A stretch of DNA of 64,000 bases from NCBI RefSeq assembly GCF_018350175.1, contig NC_058368.1, positions 229,216,001-229,280,000 of the forward strand, written 5' to 3'. Both the position numbers and the translations under genes were made by a program. Source of the stretch: Felis catus. Taxonomy: Eukaryota. This document shows, piece after piece, positions 1 through 13,399 of the stretch (position 1 is its first letter; each line of letters begins with the position of its first letter). The notes under the pieces were generated by a model. It did not search any database, was not told where the DNA came from, and saw nothing but the letters and a program-made list of their open reading frames with translations.

Positions 1-1840
1 CAAAAAAATTAATTACTTTATCGGCTAATCCAAAGCATCTGTTAAGAGAAACAAAATATAAAATCTTTTCACACTTCTCTTACTCAAGACAAAAAATATT
101 AAAAATCTATATTTTCCATTGCCCTTTAAGGGTTTCAATTTTTGTGAAGACATTGAGTGTCTTTTTAATAAAATAAGTGGTTTTGCTGACACAACATCAT
201 GGCTTGCTGTATAGTTGTGTGATGTGGCCATGCTCCTTGTGAGGAAAATCAGGATGTGCTATGATTTTATTTTTAAGCGATCTCATAGTTTATAAGCCCA
301 ACACAACCCACATCCTGACTATTTAGTGTTTTAGAAAAAAGACTGATGGTATTTAACATATATTAAAGATGTACACATAAAGCAGGTATACTCAGAAACA
401 TAAATGAATAAGGATACAACGCTACTTTGTTCAAATAATCAGAAAAAAATTATGTTTCATTGATTCATTCTTTTGCTTATAGACTCACCACGCAATTTAA
501 CACATATCATATTCTGGGTACTAGATGTTGTTAAATGAAGAATGAAAAGAATATAAATTTTCCTCATCTAATGTGATACAGTTACTGTATTTCTTCTTCT
601 TGACCTTGATATTATAGATTTACATATGTTTGCAAGACTACTGAAGACAGAATCACAAGAAATTATTAGGGTATGAAAAACAGAGCAAGTATTTTAAGAG
701 CTTCCCCATGTTCTATTTAATATTTACAATACCACAAACATTTACAAACACAAAACAGAGCAAAATCACTTGTGTTTTCCTAATTCAATTTTGGAAATTT
801 AGAAACAAAAACTAAGCAGTGGCTCATTGAATGCCTAATTATTGATACAGACAACAAAATTGTATGTTGCTTTTAAAATAATTTTGAATTGCAGACAGGT
901 ATTGATGAGAATGAGTCAGACTATGATTTAATTTTTTTTTCAAAATACTGTTGATTTTCTGATTCCTTGCTTAGAAAAATATCTGGTTGTATTTAATATG
1001 ACATTGCATTATAAAGATAAGAGGCTGGTTAAAAACTAAAGATACTAACAAATTAACTGTGTATATCCCTGTGATATTCACATTCAATTCAATAATCACA
1101 TTATGTGATACAGTATATACTTTTTAGAAAAGTAATCTTTTATAATGAGATAATGGCTCCCTTAACCTATTGAAATTGATTTAAAAAATCTGTCCTAATT
1201 AAAGTGCTTACAGACAAAGAAATTGAGTTAAAAAATTAAAGTAGTTTCCTGGACTCATTACATAATTTTTAGTGGCTCAAATATACCTTTCTAAGTGACT
1301 TATTCTAATGTGAACAGTGATGGTGAGATACCTACCCAGAATCCTTTACCATACACCTCTTTAAGCCCAGAAATTAGATCTAGATCATCATCTGGTTTAT
1401 TTTAAAGACTTTTCCTTATCCATAGCTTGATCATTCTTTTGAAAACTCTCAATATTCATGAAAATGAATTGCTATTTAATTCATTTGGTTTTGGCTTTAA
1501 GAAAACTGAGGTTCCAAAAACTGAAAGAGCTATTATGAATCACTTCCTTTCAAGTTAAAAATGACAAAGTATATATAGCCTCTAGTTTGTACTGGTTGAG
1601 AATTAAAGTGATTGCATCAGGGTTATAACTTAAATTTTTTTACCTTTGCAATGCTAAGGAATATAGACTGTTTCGTTAAACATTTGTTTCAAAGGTTTTT
1701 AAAAACATCACAGAGATTAATAACAAGCACTTGGAGAGTTAGGAATGCACTCTAAGTGTACAATGGAGAGTGTATGTTACATTATATATCAACAGATTTT
1801 CAGAGTAAAAAAAATAGTGTATACCTGGCTTCAAATAAGT

Positions 1841-1874
1841 ATGTGTATATATATACACACACACACACACACAC

Positions 1875-1920
<46 letters not shown>

Positions 1921-2005
1921 TATATATACACTATACTATATATATATTCTCTCTCTCTCTCTCTCCATATATATATATAAATATATATATGTGTGTGTGT
2001 GTGTG

Positions 2006-2051
<46 letters not shown>
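1841..2051. repeat. Compound microsatellite (TA)n(CA)n(TA)n..(CT)n..(TA)n(TG)n(TA)n
   Basis: Directly visible dinucleotide runs. Confidence 0.97.
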
Positions 2052-2052
<1 letters not shown>

Positions 2053-2342
2053 TAAGGAAGCTTGTAGTAATGTAGTAAGGAGATCAGTTGAATTTGATTC
2101 ACTTACCAGGTACTAGAATTATTAACTTAGAGAATACTACAGACAACTCAAGGAATCCATGCTGTAAACTATTTTTCTAAAATATAATGTTTATTATAAT
2201 AAAACAAAATTAGAAGAACAAATACTTACTGTGTGTTTGCTACATGTTGAGAATGCCCCAGAATTACAGAAGCAAACTCATTTCATCTGTACCATAGAGT
2301 GTTTTCATTTTCCTTTATGTGGCCAATAAAATAGGTACCTCT

Positions 2343-2543
2343 GGGTCACCCAGGTGGCTCAGTTGGTTAAACGTCTGGCTCGGGATTTTGGCTCAGGTCA
2401 TGATCTCAGGGTTGTAAGACGGAGCACCGCGTTGGGCTCTGTGTTCGGCATGGAGCCTGCTTGAGATTTTCTTTCTACCTCTCCCTCTGCTCCTCCCCTC
2501 CTGTGCTCTTTCTCTAAATTAATTAATTAATTAATTAATTAAT
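2343..2543 (+). mobile_element. Can-SINE, older, tail decayed to (TAAT)n
   Basis: tRNA-derived head GGGTCACCCAGGTGGCTCAGTTGGTTAA, GGCTCAGGTCATGATCTC core, CT-rich body. Confidence 0.9.
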
Positions 2544-3064
2544 AATGATGAAATAAAGAGGTTCCTCAAAGCAATCAGCAGATATTTAGTCTTATTAGTC
2601 AGATTTGTGGGTTCTAAAGTGAAAAGTTTGCTAACATCAAGTGATGTGTCTTAGATGGGTAAGTAATAGTTCTCTCTTATCCCTATATGTTTTAGGGTAT
2701 TTTCCCCTAATGCATTTTAGAATATCTTTGAAAAAATCCACTTATTTGTGAATCACTATTTAATTCAAATCCTCCTCAAAATTCTAATGTAGAGCTTCTT
2801 TTTCAAAGTAAAAATTATGCAACACTGAAAGCTAAAATCACTAAATATTTTTACATGAATAGATTATTTTGTCAGTTTGATATAACTAACTATATTTCAT
2901 ATAACCTATAAATCTCATGGATTTTTTTCAATGAAATGTATTTCATTCATTATTTACTCTAAGGCAATATATAATATTGCCTTGAATATATAATTCAAGC
3001 CCCGATGGCCTGCCTTTAGTTACCACGATTACATACTAGTTTCATTAAAATATTAAGGTGACTC

Positions 3065-3286
3065 TTTTTTTTAATTTTTTTTTCAACGTTTATTTATTTT
3101 GGGGACAGAGAGAGACAGAGCATGAACGGGGGAGGGGCAGAGAGAGAGGGAGACACAGAATCGGAAACAGGCTCCAGGCTCTGAGCCATCAGCCCAGAGC
3201 CCGACACGGGGCTCGAACTCATGGACCACGAGATCGTGACCTGGCTGAAGTCGGACGCTTAACCGACTGCGCCACCCAGGCGCCCC
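3065..3286 (-). mobile_element. Young felid Can-SINE
   Basis: Minus-strand head GGGGCGCCTGGGTGGCGCAGTCGGTTAAGCGTCCGAC, CpGs retained; TSD AAGGTGACTCTT at 3055 and 3287. Confidence 0.97.
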
Positions 3287-3296
3287 AAGGTGACTC

Positions 3297-3318
3297 TTTT
3301 TTTTAACGTCTATTTATT

Positions 3319-3353
<35 letters not shown>

Positions 3354-3521
3354 ACGAGAGAGGAGGGGTGGGGCAGAGAGACAGAGACACAGGATCTTAA
3401 GCAGGCTCCAGGCTCTGAGCTGTCAGCACAGAGCCTGACACAGGGCTCGAACTCACGAACTGCGAGATCATGACCCGAGCCAAAGTCCGACACTTAACCA
3501 ACTGAGCCACCCAGGCTCCCC
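3297..3521 (-). mobile_element. Felid Can-SINE, older partner of a tandem pair
   Basis: Full head, body and (CT)n; degenerate TSD AAAGTGATTCTT at 3522. Confidence 0.95.
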
Positions 3522-3807
3522 AAAGTGATTCTTAATGTAGTAAGTATATCATTATAGTAAGTATGTAGTAAGTATATTCCCTAAAGGCTAATTAAGGCTT
3601 TAATGGGACTTTGGAAATCATTCCACAATTCTTAAAACCCTGTTTATTCATGTTTCCTAATAAAGCTCTTTTGAAATTTTTACCTATGGCTGCCTTTTTT
3701 TTTTCTTTTTTTCTCCTTTGTCATACTTTCTGTTAACAATTTTGCTCTCCTTGACAGAACTTTTCTTCAAACTTAGTAGCACTCTTTTCCTGGAGGAACC
3801 TAAGTTC

Positions 3808-3836
3808 ACACACACACACACACATACACACACACA
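3808..3836. repeat. (CA)n microsatellite
   Basis: Visible. Confidence 0.9.
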
Positions 3837-5160
3837 ATTACTGTCTGTTTCAGATATGAAGAAGCTGCAAATTCCATGCAAAAACATTGCTCCAAAATAT
3901 TCCTGTGGTTGTGGTGTTGGAAATAAATATAAATGAACATAGTTGCTCCCATTCAGTAATTAAAGCTATATTATCCAGGGCAGGGGAGCAATTTACTGAT
4001 AGATCTTATTATTTGTTGTTTTTAATTTTTACTTTTTCATGGCTCATTTTCTTTATTCACCAGACTTTTATCACTTTTGCTATATTTTGAAAACCATGGT
4101 ATACTCAAGATAACTAACACTGATACCTACATATTGCTCAAAATAAATAAAACTGAAATTGGGAGCATATGTCATTCCACGTATTGTGTTCAATTTCCAG
4201 GTGAAGACATTGGACACATTAGAGTTACGGGTATTATCTCTTGAATTTTCCCCTGCAAGTTCTCTAGTGTTTTTTCTGAGGCTCCCAACTACTGACTTAT
4301 TACACTGCTTATCAAGACACACATGGTTTTTTTATGTAATGAGACTCCACCTCAACTTCCATTTAATTCTTGGAAAATTATATCCAAGTGTCATTTTATC
4401 AATTCTCATTGTCAATTGGAGAATACTTTTCTAGGCATTTGAGTACTTCACTGTCCATAACATAGGCTACCCGTTATATTCAATTCGATATACGACCTCA
4501 TCATTGTCTACTTTGTCAAAAATTACTACTTTTGTTACACATATTAAAGGTAACTTATGTCATTCTAAAATGTATTAAGCATCTGAACTATAGTGCATTT
4601 ATTATGATATTTTGAAAGACATATGGAGGTGCTGGTGATTCTTTAATTTGTGTGTGATAAACTATATATAAATTTTGACATAGTATTCTAAAGCCATAAG
4701 GAATTTATGTTCATTTTTCTCTTATTGATTTTTGTGTCACAATATACTACGTGTGATGTATTGCCCAGAGGAATTACTTTTGGATTTTTGGAACCTTTTT
4801 AATATGGAAGAGTTCTTGGTTTACTTTTCATTGCTTCTGGAAAATTCTTGTGAGAAACATTTTCTCCTTTACCCAAAATCATTAAATCTTTTATATGCTA
4901 GTATTTTTACTTTTCAGACCATTTCCCTAAAAGAGTTGCCCAATCTAATAATGATTGTAGTTTTCATACACGTTACTCTCTAGAAAAGCTTTTATCCTTA
5001 CCCTTTTGCATAAGAGCAAAACTGAACTCTAGGTAGATTAAGTACATTCCAGTTGGTAAGAATCTGGCAAACATTCAATTTTTATATAGTGACTAATTCT
5101 CAATCTCTCTTTTTCTCGAGAAAGAGAAAAAAAGGGAAACTGAAAGAGAAATTGAGGGAG

Positions 5161-5210
5161 AAGGAGGAGGAGGAGGAGGAGGAGGAGGAGGAGGAGGAGG
5201 AGGAGAAGGA
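5161..5210. repeat. (GAG)n trinucleotide microsatellite
   Basis: Visible; source of poly-E in ORF 5053..5325. Confidence 0.95.
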
Positions 5211-5289
5211 AAGAAAGAAAATAACAAAAGATGATACACAGTCTCTGGGGGATGATTTAACAACCTATATGAATTATAAAATGGTGCTC

Positions 5290-5480
5290 AGAGTACCTGG
5301 GTGGCTCAGTTGGTTGAGAATCTGACTCCTGATTTCGTCTCCGGTGATGATCCTAGGGTCATGGGATCAAGGCTGAGTTGGAGTCAGTGCTGAGCCTGGA
5401 GCCTGCTTGAGATTCTTTCTCTCTCCCTCTGCCCCTCCTCTGCTCAGGTGTGTGCATTCTCTTTCTTTCAAAAAGTAAAA
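5290..5480 (+). mobile_element. Can-SINE
   Basis: CCTGGGTGGCTCAGTTGGTTGAG head; 12-bp TSD AAAATGGTGCTC at 5278 and 5481. Confidence 0.93.
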
Positions 5481-5984
5481 AAAATGGTGCTCTATAGCAA
5501 TTTTCCATGAGTTTTTAAAAAGAAAATAATAGAGAATATTTACATATGTCAAATATAAGTGGTTATTTATTGAAACATTATTTGCAATATTGGAAACACC
5601 TTAATACGACCAATATTGGGAATTGATACTAAATATAGTGTGCTCACTACATACTTCAGTGAAATAACTTCATGATATAACTTCCAGTGAGAAAAGTGAA
5701 TGTCAAATCAATCTGTGAATTAATATGGCCTTTTGCTAAAGAAATAAATTTTCCACATTATTCACTACGTATTTAGCATTAGAAAAGTTCCAACCATGCT
5801 AACAGAAAAAAAACAGTAATCCATTTAACTTTCTAAACCCAAGCCACAATAAATACTCCCAAATGTTTGTCAATGTCACAGATTATGAAAGCTATATTAT
5901 TGTTATTTTTATTATTATTATTATTACTGCTACTACTACTGTTAGAACCAATGGAACATTCATGGTCAGCCACAAAATCTTCTA

Positions 5985-6175
5985 AGTGTTTGCCATGTAT
6001 TAACTCATTAAACTTCCCAAGAAGCTTAGGAGATTGGCATTATTATTAACACCATCTAAACATGAGGAAACCATGATACAGAGAGGTTAGCTGATTCACC
6101 CAAAGTCACATAGGCAGTACGTGCTCAGTTTTGAACTCAGTGGTCTAGCTGCATAATTAGTGCTCTAAATCACTA
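5985..6175 (-). mobile_element. MIR relic
   Basis: ATGAGGAAAC..CAGAGAGGTTAG..CCCAAAGTCACATAG resembles the antisense MIR core. Confidence 0.7.
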
Positions 6176-6390
6176 CAATAGTCTGAAGTTACTTTTTAAT
6201 ATGAAAATAAGAAAACATAGTAAATGTAGTTCTTATTATTCCCAATCTTATTTGTACAAGATTTTTGTTACTGATTGTTATATGTCCCTGGGAGCATATT
6301 TGCAAGCATCAAACTTAACACCGGAACAGCAATTAGAAATCACCACTCCTGTGTGGTCTTTCTTTCTTCTTGTCTTAAGAGCTCTGTTTC

Positions 6391-6611
6391 GGGGCGCCTG
6401 GGTGGTTCAGTTGGTTGGGCGGCCGACTTTGGCTCAGGTCACGATCTCGCGGTCCGTGAGTTCGAGCCCCGCGTTGGGCTCTGTGCTGACAGCTCAGAGC
6501 CTGGAGCCTGTTTCAGATTCTGTGTCTCCCTCTCTCTGACCCTCCCCTGTTCATGCTCTGTCTCTCCCTGTCTCAAAAATAAATAAACGTTAAAAAAAAT
6601 TAAAAAAAAAA
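6391..6611 (+). mobile_element. Felid Can-SINE
   Basis: GGGGCGCCTGGGTGG head, AATAAA and A tail; CTCTGTTTC duplicated on both flanks. Confidence 0.96.
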
Positions 6612-8192
6612 CCCTCTGTTTCGGTCATTCATTACTTAAATTTTTAGAAATTTTACACACTACTGGACAGTGTTTTTAAGGAATTTGTAAAAAATAAAAT
6701 ACAAAATCAATTTTAAAAGCCTGGAATTTGGAAGTGTCTTCTATTCCTCTGTAAATGGTAATGTGATAATCATAAATATGTGTTAATTTAATAATGAATT
6801 AAAAATGTATAGTAGCTTCTTCCTTATATAGATCTGTAGCACTTAAACATCACATGTTAATTTGATACTTATATGTATAAACTGGTAACATAATTGCTGC
6901 TTCTGTAAAGGTATACATTCTCTTCCTATCTAGAAAATGAGCTCTGCAAGGAAGGATTGAACAGTTATATTTTGAATCACTTATGGTTACAAGTATAATA
7001 ACACATGTTAAATAAATGTTGATTTATCAATATCGTCTGTCAACCAAATACATTATCCGTACCCTTATTTTTAATTCAAACTATACTTCTCTATAAATTC
7101 AGAAGCAAATCTATTGCAAATATCATATATCCAAGCAAACATCTCTCAGAAAACTATTTATTTAGACTCAGTATTTCGGAGGTATATTTCTCTGCCTGTT
7201 GCAAATGAAGACAAATGGGGATTAATGGGAACTCAAATCAGGTCTAGAAGAAATCTCAGGTAAGCAATATAGACAATACAGAGCTTACACAGACCTTTAG
7301 AAAACTTAGAAGAAGGTGTTGAATAGAATGACAGACTGACAAAAGACTTGATGGGGAGCTTCACAGGAGAGAAGTATTGAGATCAGGGTAGAGCATCTGA
7401 CTGTCAGGATTAAGACATAGAGAAATCAAAAATCTGTGCCTTTCTGTCTGCACTTCAGCATATGCTGCTTGTCTTTGTAATGACTGTTAAAAGTTTGTCC
7501 TCATTAATTACAGATTTCTCTTGGAGTCAAGACAAAGCAGGATGTCCACCAGACTGTCATTATCATTTAGTTAATCACAGTTGATTAATTTGTATGGGAG
7601 ATTCCAAAGTACAAAAAAGAATCTTCTTCAAGTAAAACGGTCTTAACAATCTATGAGTGAAAGAAATGGTTTCAAGATGAATTGTCACTAAGCACAGATA
7701 CATGACAATATGTATTTGGGGAGCTTATGCTACTTTTTACAAATTCATACAACACGGGCATTGGCGGATTATCTAATACCTAGATATACAAGCAAAATGT
7801 AACAAGATAAAGACATTTATAATAATAGCATAGCTATCCCACAGAAATATTTTATCTACAGCATGGTAATATTGTTTCTAAACTAAACAGTCTTTTAGGC
7901 AACCAATTTTGGTATTTTATGTTCATTTATGCTATGCTCAAAGATGTCATCAATTTATTGTGTTTAATTATTGACTACTTTTAAGAAAGCAAACTTAAAG
8001 AGAATTCAAAAGCACAAACATATATATAACAATTAAAAATGGGAAACATCGATACAAATTAAGTTTAATAATGAATTAGAATAAAAGTAGAAATATCAAT
8101 CATCAGTTCTTAAATTGTGTTAGTATTATGTTCTTGCTGTTGGGGAAATAAATCTCTCAAGGCATGTTTATGAAAGAAGATGGCTATTTACA

Positions 8193-8216
8193 TTTTTTTT
8201 TTTAATCTTATTTATT

Positions 8217-8264
<48 letters not shown>

Positions 8265-8427
8265 CACAAGCGGGGGAGGGGCCGAGAGAAAGAGGGAGAC
8301 ACAGAATCCAAAGCAGGCTCCAGGCTCTGAGCTGTCAACACAGAGCCAGATGCAGGGTTTGAAAACTGCGAGATCATGACCTGAGCCAAAGTTGGTCGCT
8401 TAACCGACTGAGCCACCCAGGCGTCCC
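8193..8427 (-). mobile_element. Felid Can-SINE
   Basis: Head and body on minus strand; degenerate TSD AAGAAGATG..CTATTTA. Confidence 0.95.
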
Positions 8428-9012
8428 AAGAAGATGATGACTATTTAATAAGATATTTTTCCTAATTAAATTCACTTAATTTCTTGGAAAAATCAGGAGA
8501 AAATGGAACAAAATGGGATTGTTTTAGTCACAGGAATATACTGCAACTTTTAATGTTTTCTGAAATTTCCTAATTTATTTTTGCAGTTTTTAATTTTTCC
8601 ATGATCTGGTGGAAGTTATTGGAAAACATAAGTTTTTACAATGATAGGGATAAATTAGACCACAAGGTGAATGAAGATTTGTTTGCATTTAATACAATGT
8701 TTCCCTGAAAATTAAAATCTGAGTTTTCTTTCACCTTGTGAAGTGAAAATTAGGTAAGTTTAAAATGTTGTAATTGTGCCTAGATCATGGCTTACTTAAA
8801 AGAAATGTATATATTCAAGAAAACAAGTTTGAAATAAAAGTTTAAGCTTCCCCTCACCCAGCTTTACTGAGATAAGATATATGACATTGTGTAAGTTCCA
8901 CGGCATCCGATGTGATGATTTGATAATGTATATATTGTGAAATGATTCAAACAATAGTTAACACTTCCATCACCACACACAATTACCTTTGTGTGTGTTT
9001 GTGGTGAAAGCA

Positions 9013-9232
9013 TTTATTTATTTATTTTAAGTGTTTATTTATGTTGAGAGAGAGAGGGAGAGAGGGAGAGAGCAAGCAGGGAAAGGGCAAAGGAGAGTGA
9101 GAGGGAATCCCAAGCAGGCTCCACACTGTCAGCGCAGAGCCCTATGCAGGGCTCGATCCCACGACCCTGGGATCATGGCCTGAGCCGAAATCAAGAGTCA
9201 GACACTCAGCTGATGGAGCCACGCAGGTGCCC
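9013..9232 (-). mobile_element. Can-SINE nested in L1
   Basis: Head and body; TSD TTGTGGTGAAA(G/A)CATTT. Confidence 0.93.
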
Positions 9233-9843
9233 TTGTGGTGAAAACATTTCTTACTCACGGCTTTAGTAACCTTTAAGCATGTGATAATACCGGATTGTTA
9301 GCTATACTGTACATTCGATCCTCAGAGTTTGTTGCTCTTCTGCCTGGGAATTTGTCACCTTTGACCAACATCTTCACATTTCCTCCTCCCACCACCGCAG
9401 CCACTGGCAACTATTATTCTACTCTGTTTCTATTAGCTCGGCTTCTAGATTCCACATATGTGAAATTACATAGTAATTATCTTTTTCTGTCTCTCTTGAC
9501 ATAATGCTTTCAAGGTTGTCACAAATGCCACAAACGGCAGTATTTCCTTCTTGCTCATTGTATATTCTACTATATATAATATATATAATATATATTCTAC
9601 TATATATACTATATGTAGATATAATGTATATTTACACCACATTGTGTACATGTGCACACACATACATACACATTACACTCACACATGCATATCTAAACAA
9701 ATACACACTGTGTATAACATAAAATATATATCACATTTTCTTTATTCTTTCATCCCTCACTCAACACTTAGGTTATTTCTACATTTTGACTACTATAAAC
9801 AATGCCGCCATGGACATGGGAACACCGGTATTTCTCTCTCTCA

Positions 9844-10030
9844 TTTTTTAATGTTTACTTATTTTTGACAGAAAGAGCAGGGTGGGGGAAGAGAGAGAGA
9901 GCGAGATAGAGGGTGAGAAGCCGGCCTTGCACTGACAGCAGCGAGCCTGAGGCGGGGTTGTATCTCACAAACTTTGAGATCATGACTTAAGTCAAAGTCA
10001 TACGCTCAACCTACTGAGCCACCCAGGCGC
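9844..10030 (-). mobile_element. Can-SINE nested in L1
   Basis: Ends CTGAGCCACCCAGGCGC; TSD AC(C/A)GGTATTTC. Confidence 0.9.
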
Positions 10031-11149
10031 ACAGGTATTTCATTGAAATAGAGATTTTATTTCCTTTTGTTGTAATAAATGATTTTATTTCCTTTTGATA
10101 TATACCCAGAAGTGGGATTGCTAGATCATATGTTAGTTCTATTTTTAATGTTTTTGAAGAAACTGCATACTGTTTTTTTCATAGTAGCTATTCAAACTCC
10201 CATCAATAGTACATCAGGGTTCCCTTTTCTCTACATCCTCGCCAACACTTGTTACTTTCTGTCTTTTTGATCACGGTCATTCTAAGAGGTGTTAGGTGAT
10301 ATCTCATTGTAGTTTTGATTTGCATTTTCCCTGATGATTAGTGATGTTGAGCATCTTTTCATGTACCTGTGGGCCATTGTATGTCTTGTTAAAAAAAAAA
10401 GTTTTTTCAGGTTCTCTGTCCATTTTTAATTAGATTTTAGAAGGCTTTTTGTTGTTGTTGCCAAGTTGTATGAATTCCCTATATATTTTAGAATGTTAAC
10501 TCCTTATTAGCTAGACGTTTTTCAAATATGTTCTTCCATTGCATAGACTACCTTTTCATTTTGGTAATTGTTTCTTTTACTGTGCAGAAGCTTCTGGTTT
10601 TGATGTGATTTCCCTTGTTGATTTTTGCTTTTGTTTCTTGTGCTTTTGGGATCATATGAAAAAAAAATCATGGCTAAGATCGATGTCAAGGAGATTTTTT
10701 TTGCCCTATATTTTATTCTAGGAGTGTTATAGTTTCAGGTCTTAGATTAAAGTTTTCTTTTCTTTTCTTTGTTTTTTTTTTAATCTACTTAGAGTTGATT
10801 TTTGTAAGTGGAATAAGAGAGGGGTCCAATTCCATTTTCGCATATGGTTATCCAGTTTTCCCAACACCATCTATTGAAGGGACTGTGGTTTCCACATTGG
10901 ATGTTCTTGGCTATTACTTGACCATGTATGTGGGTATTTATTTCTAGGCTCTTCATGGGTCTATGTGTCTATTTTTATGCCAGAACCATATTGTCATGAT
11001 GACTAGAGCTTCATAAATACAGTTTGAAATCAGGACGTGTGATGCCTCCAATATATTTTTTCTCAGGATGTTTTGTTTTGGTTTGGAACTTAGGCTGCAT
11101 TGTGTTGTCAGTTTTGGATCATTGTTTTACTATCTCGTTTTACTTTTGG

Positions 11150-11470
11150 AAACTTCTTGGCCCATATTGACTGAACTATTTTAATGCCCTGTTCTCTTTC
11201 TCACTTCTTCTTGAATTCAAATTACTATACATAGAGATCAGAGAGCTTAAAATTGTTGCACAATTCCTGGATGTTCTATTCTTTGTTCTCTTATAATTTT
11301 CACTCTTGTTTTGCTTTGTGTTACATTCGGATATTTTCTAACCTTATCTTCAAGTTAATATATTCACTATAGTCATGTCAAATCCACTAATGAGAAGGCA
11401 GAAGGAATGATTATTTCTTTTATTTTGTTCTGTGTTTCCAGCATTTCCATTCGATACTTCCTTATAGGTC
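11150..11470 (-). mobile_element. Old L1 ORF1/HAL1-like antisense fragment
   Basis: T-rich, CTTATCTTCAAGTT..CAGCATTTCCATT motifs resemble antisense old L1 ORF1. Confidence 0.45.
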
Positions 11471-12135
11471 GCATATGCTATTACAATGTTAAACCATTTT
11501 TTAATAAATTTTGTTAAAAATTAGACTGTGCTACCCCATGTGAAAAGCATTCAGGCTTCCACCTGCACACCACATTCCCAAGTGAATGATACCACCAACA
11601 ATCCAATTGTCTAGGTCAGAAACCTGGAAGTTACTTGGATTTACACACTTTTCTATTTGTCTTGTAGTCAATCACTAGGTCTTGTCACATTTTTCTCTGG
11701 GATATCCTCCCTATCTCCTGATCTTTTTAAATCTGCTCTACACATACCATGGGAAACTATGTGCCTTCAATTCCTGTGGCAGCTTTCTAACCTGTTTCTG
11801 CATATTCATTCATTTTCATACCTTACTCTGGTTTCATAACTATAGCTCTAATAGATGTGCATAGTTAAGAAATTTTAACATCATCTATGTCTCACTTATA
11901 TTATCTCATAAGAGAAATTTGCATCATAGTGACTGAAACTATTCACATGCATTTTTTAAAAATGAAAAATATTACATGCCTGTTATATATTAGGAGCAAA
12001 TGTTTCATAGTATATTATGTTACTATTGATTTTCCTGTTCAATATGTTATTACTTAATAGAGACTTTAATTTGAATACAGCCTTTGATTAGGATTTTGCA
12101 TTAAATATTAAATAAAGTTAAATGTTGAAAGTTTA

Positions 12136-12357
12136 GGGGTGCCTGGGTGGCTCAGTTGGTTGAGCGTCTGACTTCGGCTCAGGTCATGATCTCGCGGTCC
12201 GTGAGTTCGAGCCCCGTGTCAGGCTCTGTGCCAACAGCTCAGTGCCTGGAGCCTGCTTTGGATTCTGTGTCTCCCTCTCTCTCTGACCCTCCCCCGTTCA
12301 TGCTCTGTCTCTGTCTCAAAAATAAATAAACATTAAAAATAAATAAAAATAAATAAA
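12136..12357 (+). mobile_element. Felid Can-SINE
   Basis: Perfect 17-bp TSD TAAATGTTGAAAGTTTA at 12119 and 12358. Confidence 0.97.
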
Positions 12358-12579
12358 TAAATGTTGAAAGTTTAGTTATATTTCATGCTTCTTTAAGAGA
12401 AAATAGTCTATACTCTCGCGATATTAATATTCCTAGAATAGATAATTTACTAGAAGAAATAATTCCTTTACAGTAGGTCTCAGACACTGAAACATAAGAG
12501 GTGCAGCACCATTTTTATTTTTTCTCTCAAGAAATCCTGTTTCAATATCTTAATGAGCTTTTATTTGAAATTCTCTGTT

Positions 12580-12696
12580 GGGTGCCTCGGTGATTCAGTC
12601 AGTTAATCATCCCACTTTGGCTGGCTCGGGTCATGATCTCATGATGAGTTTGAACCCCACATCGGGCTACGCACTGGTGTGTGGGGCCTGCTTGGG

Positions 12697-12740
<44 letters not shown>

Positions 12741-12798
12741 CCTCTCCCACTCATGGACTCTCTCTTTCTTTCAAAGTAAATAAATAAACTTAAAAAAA
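12580..12798 (+). mobile_element. Can-SINE, diverged
   Basis: GGGTGCCTCGGTGATTCAGTCAGTTAA head, (CT)n, AATAAA tail. Confidence 0.9.
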
Positions 12799-13399
12799 TG
12801 CTTTGTCAAATTAATAAAATTTGGAAAGTACTACTATCTCAATAGAAGATAATGTAATAATTATTTTTTGCTATTTGATTGTTTTTTATTTGTTCTCTAT
12901 TTACAAGTCATTTAAGGGTTAGTAGACATTATCTTATATTTTCAAATTACAAAAACAGAATAAGCATAATTTCTACCCTAATTAGCTTAAATCATCAGAT
13001 TGTAATAAATTGTTAAAATTTTAATAGCATTCTATATCTGGCTTTGGTATTTTATTTTATTTTACTTTATTTTATTTTACTTATTTTATTTTTTAGGCAG
13101 GGCTTTGATATTTTAAAATTATGTCAAATAGGATTCAATTCAATTCAAAAGAATCTAGATATCTACTTATCTACTATTAGTTTCACTGCTTCTAATACAC
13201 TAACAAAAAAAATGTATAAAGAAGCAACCAAATGCAGAAATTATCAACTATTTCATAGAGGAGTGGAGTACAAAATCATATTTGATTTCCTTTTTTCTTT
13301 TAAAATGTTTATTAAATATTTTTTTAAAAAGGTATCACAAACTTATTACATGCTTGAACATACATGACATTTTTAATGGAAAAACAAAAAAATAGTAAA

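Larger units (their letters stand above)
8860..11075 (-). mobile_element. L1 3' portion (L1MA-like 3'UTR plus ORF2 end), interrupted by two Can-SINEs
   Basis: Antisense L1 motifs: GATATATACCCAGAAGTGGGATTGCTAGATCATATG, TTGCATTTTCCCTGATGATTAGTGATGTTGAGCATCTTTTCATG, CAGTTTTCCCAACACCAT. Confidence 0.9.

Noticed and set aside
1745..2116. 123-aa and 74-aa ORFs
   Set aside because: Translations of dinucleotide microsatellite (IYIY, HTHT)
5053..5325. Poly-Glu/Lys ORF
   Set aside because: (GAG)n microsatellite running into a SINE
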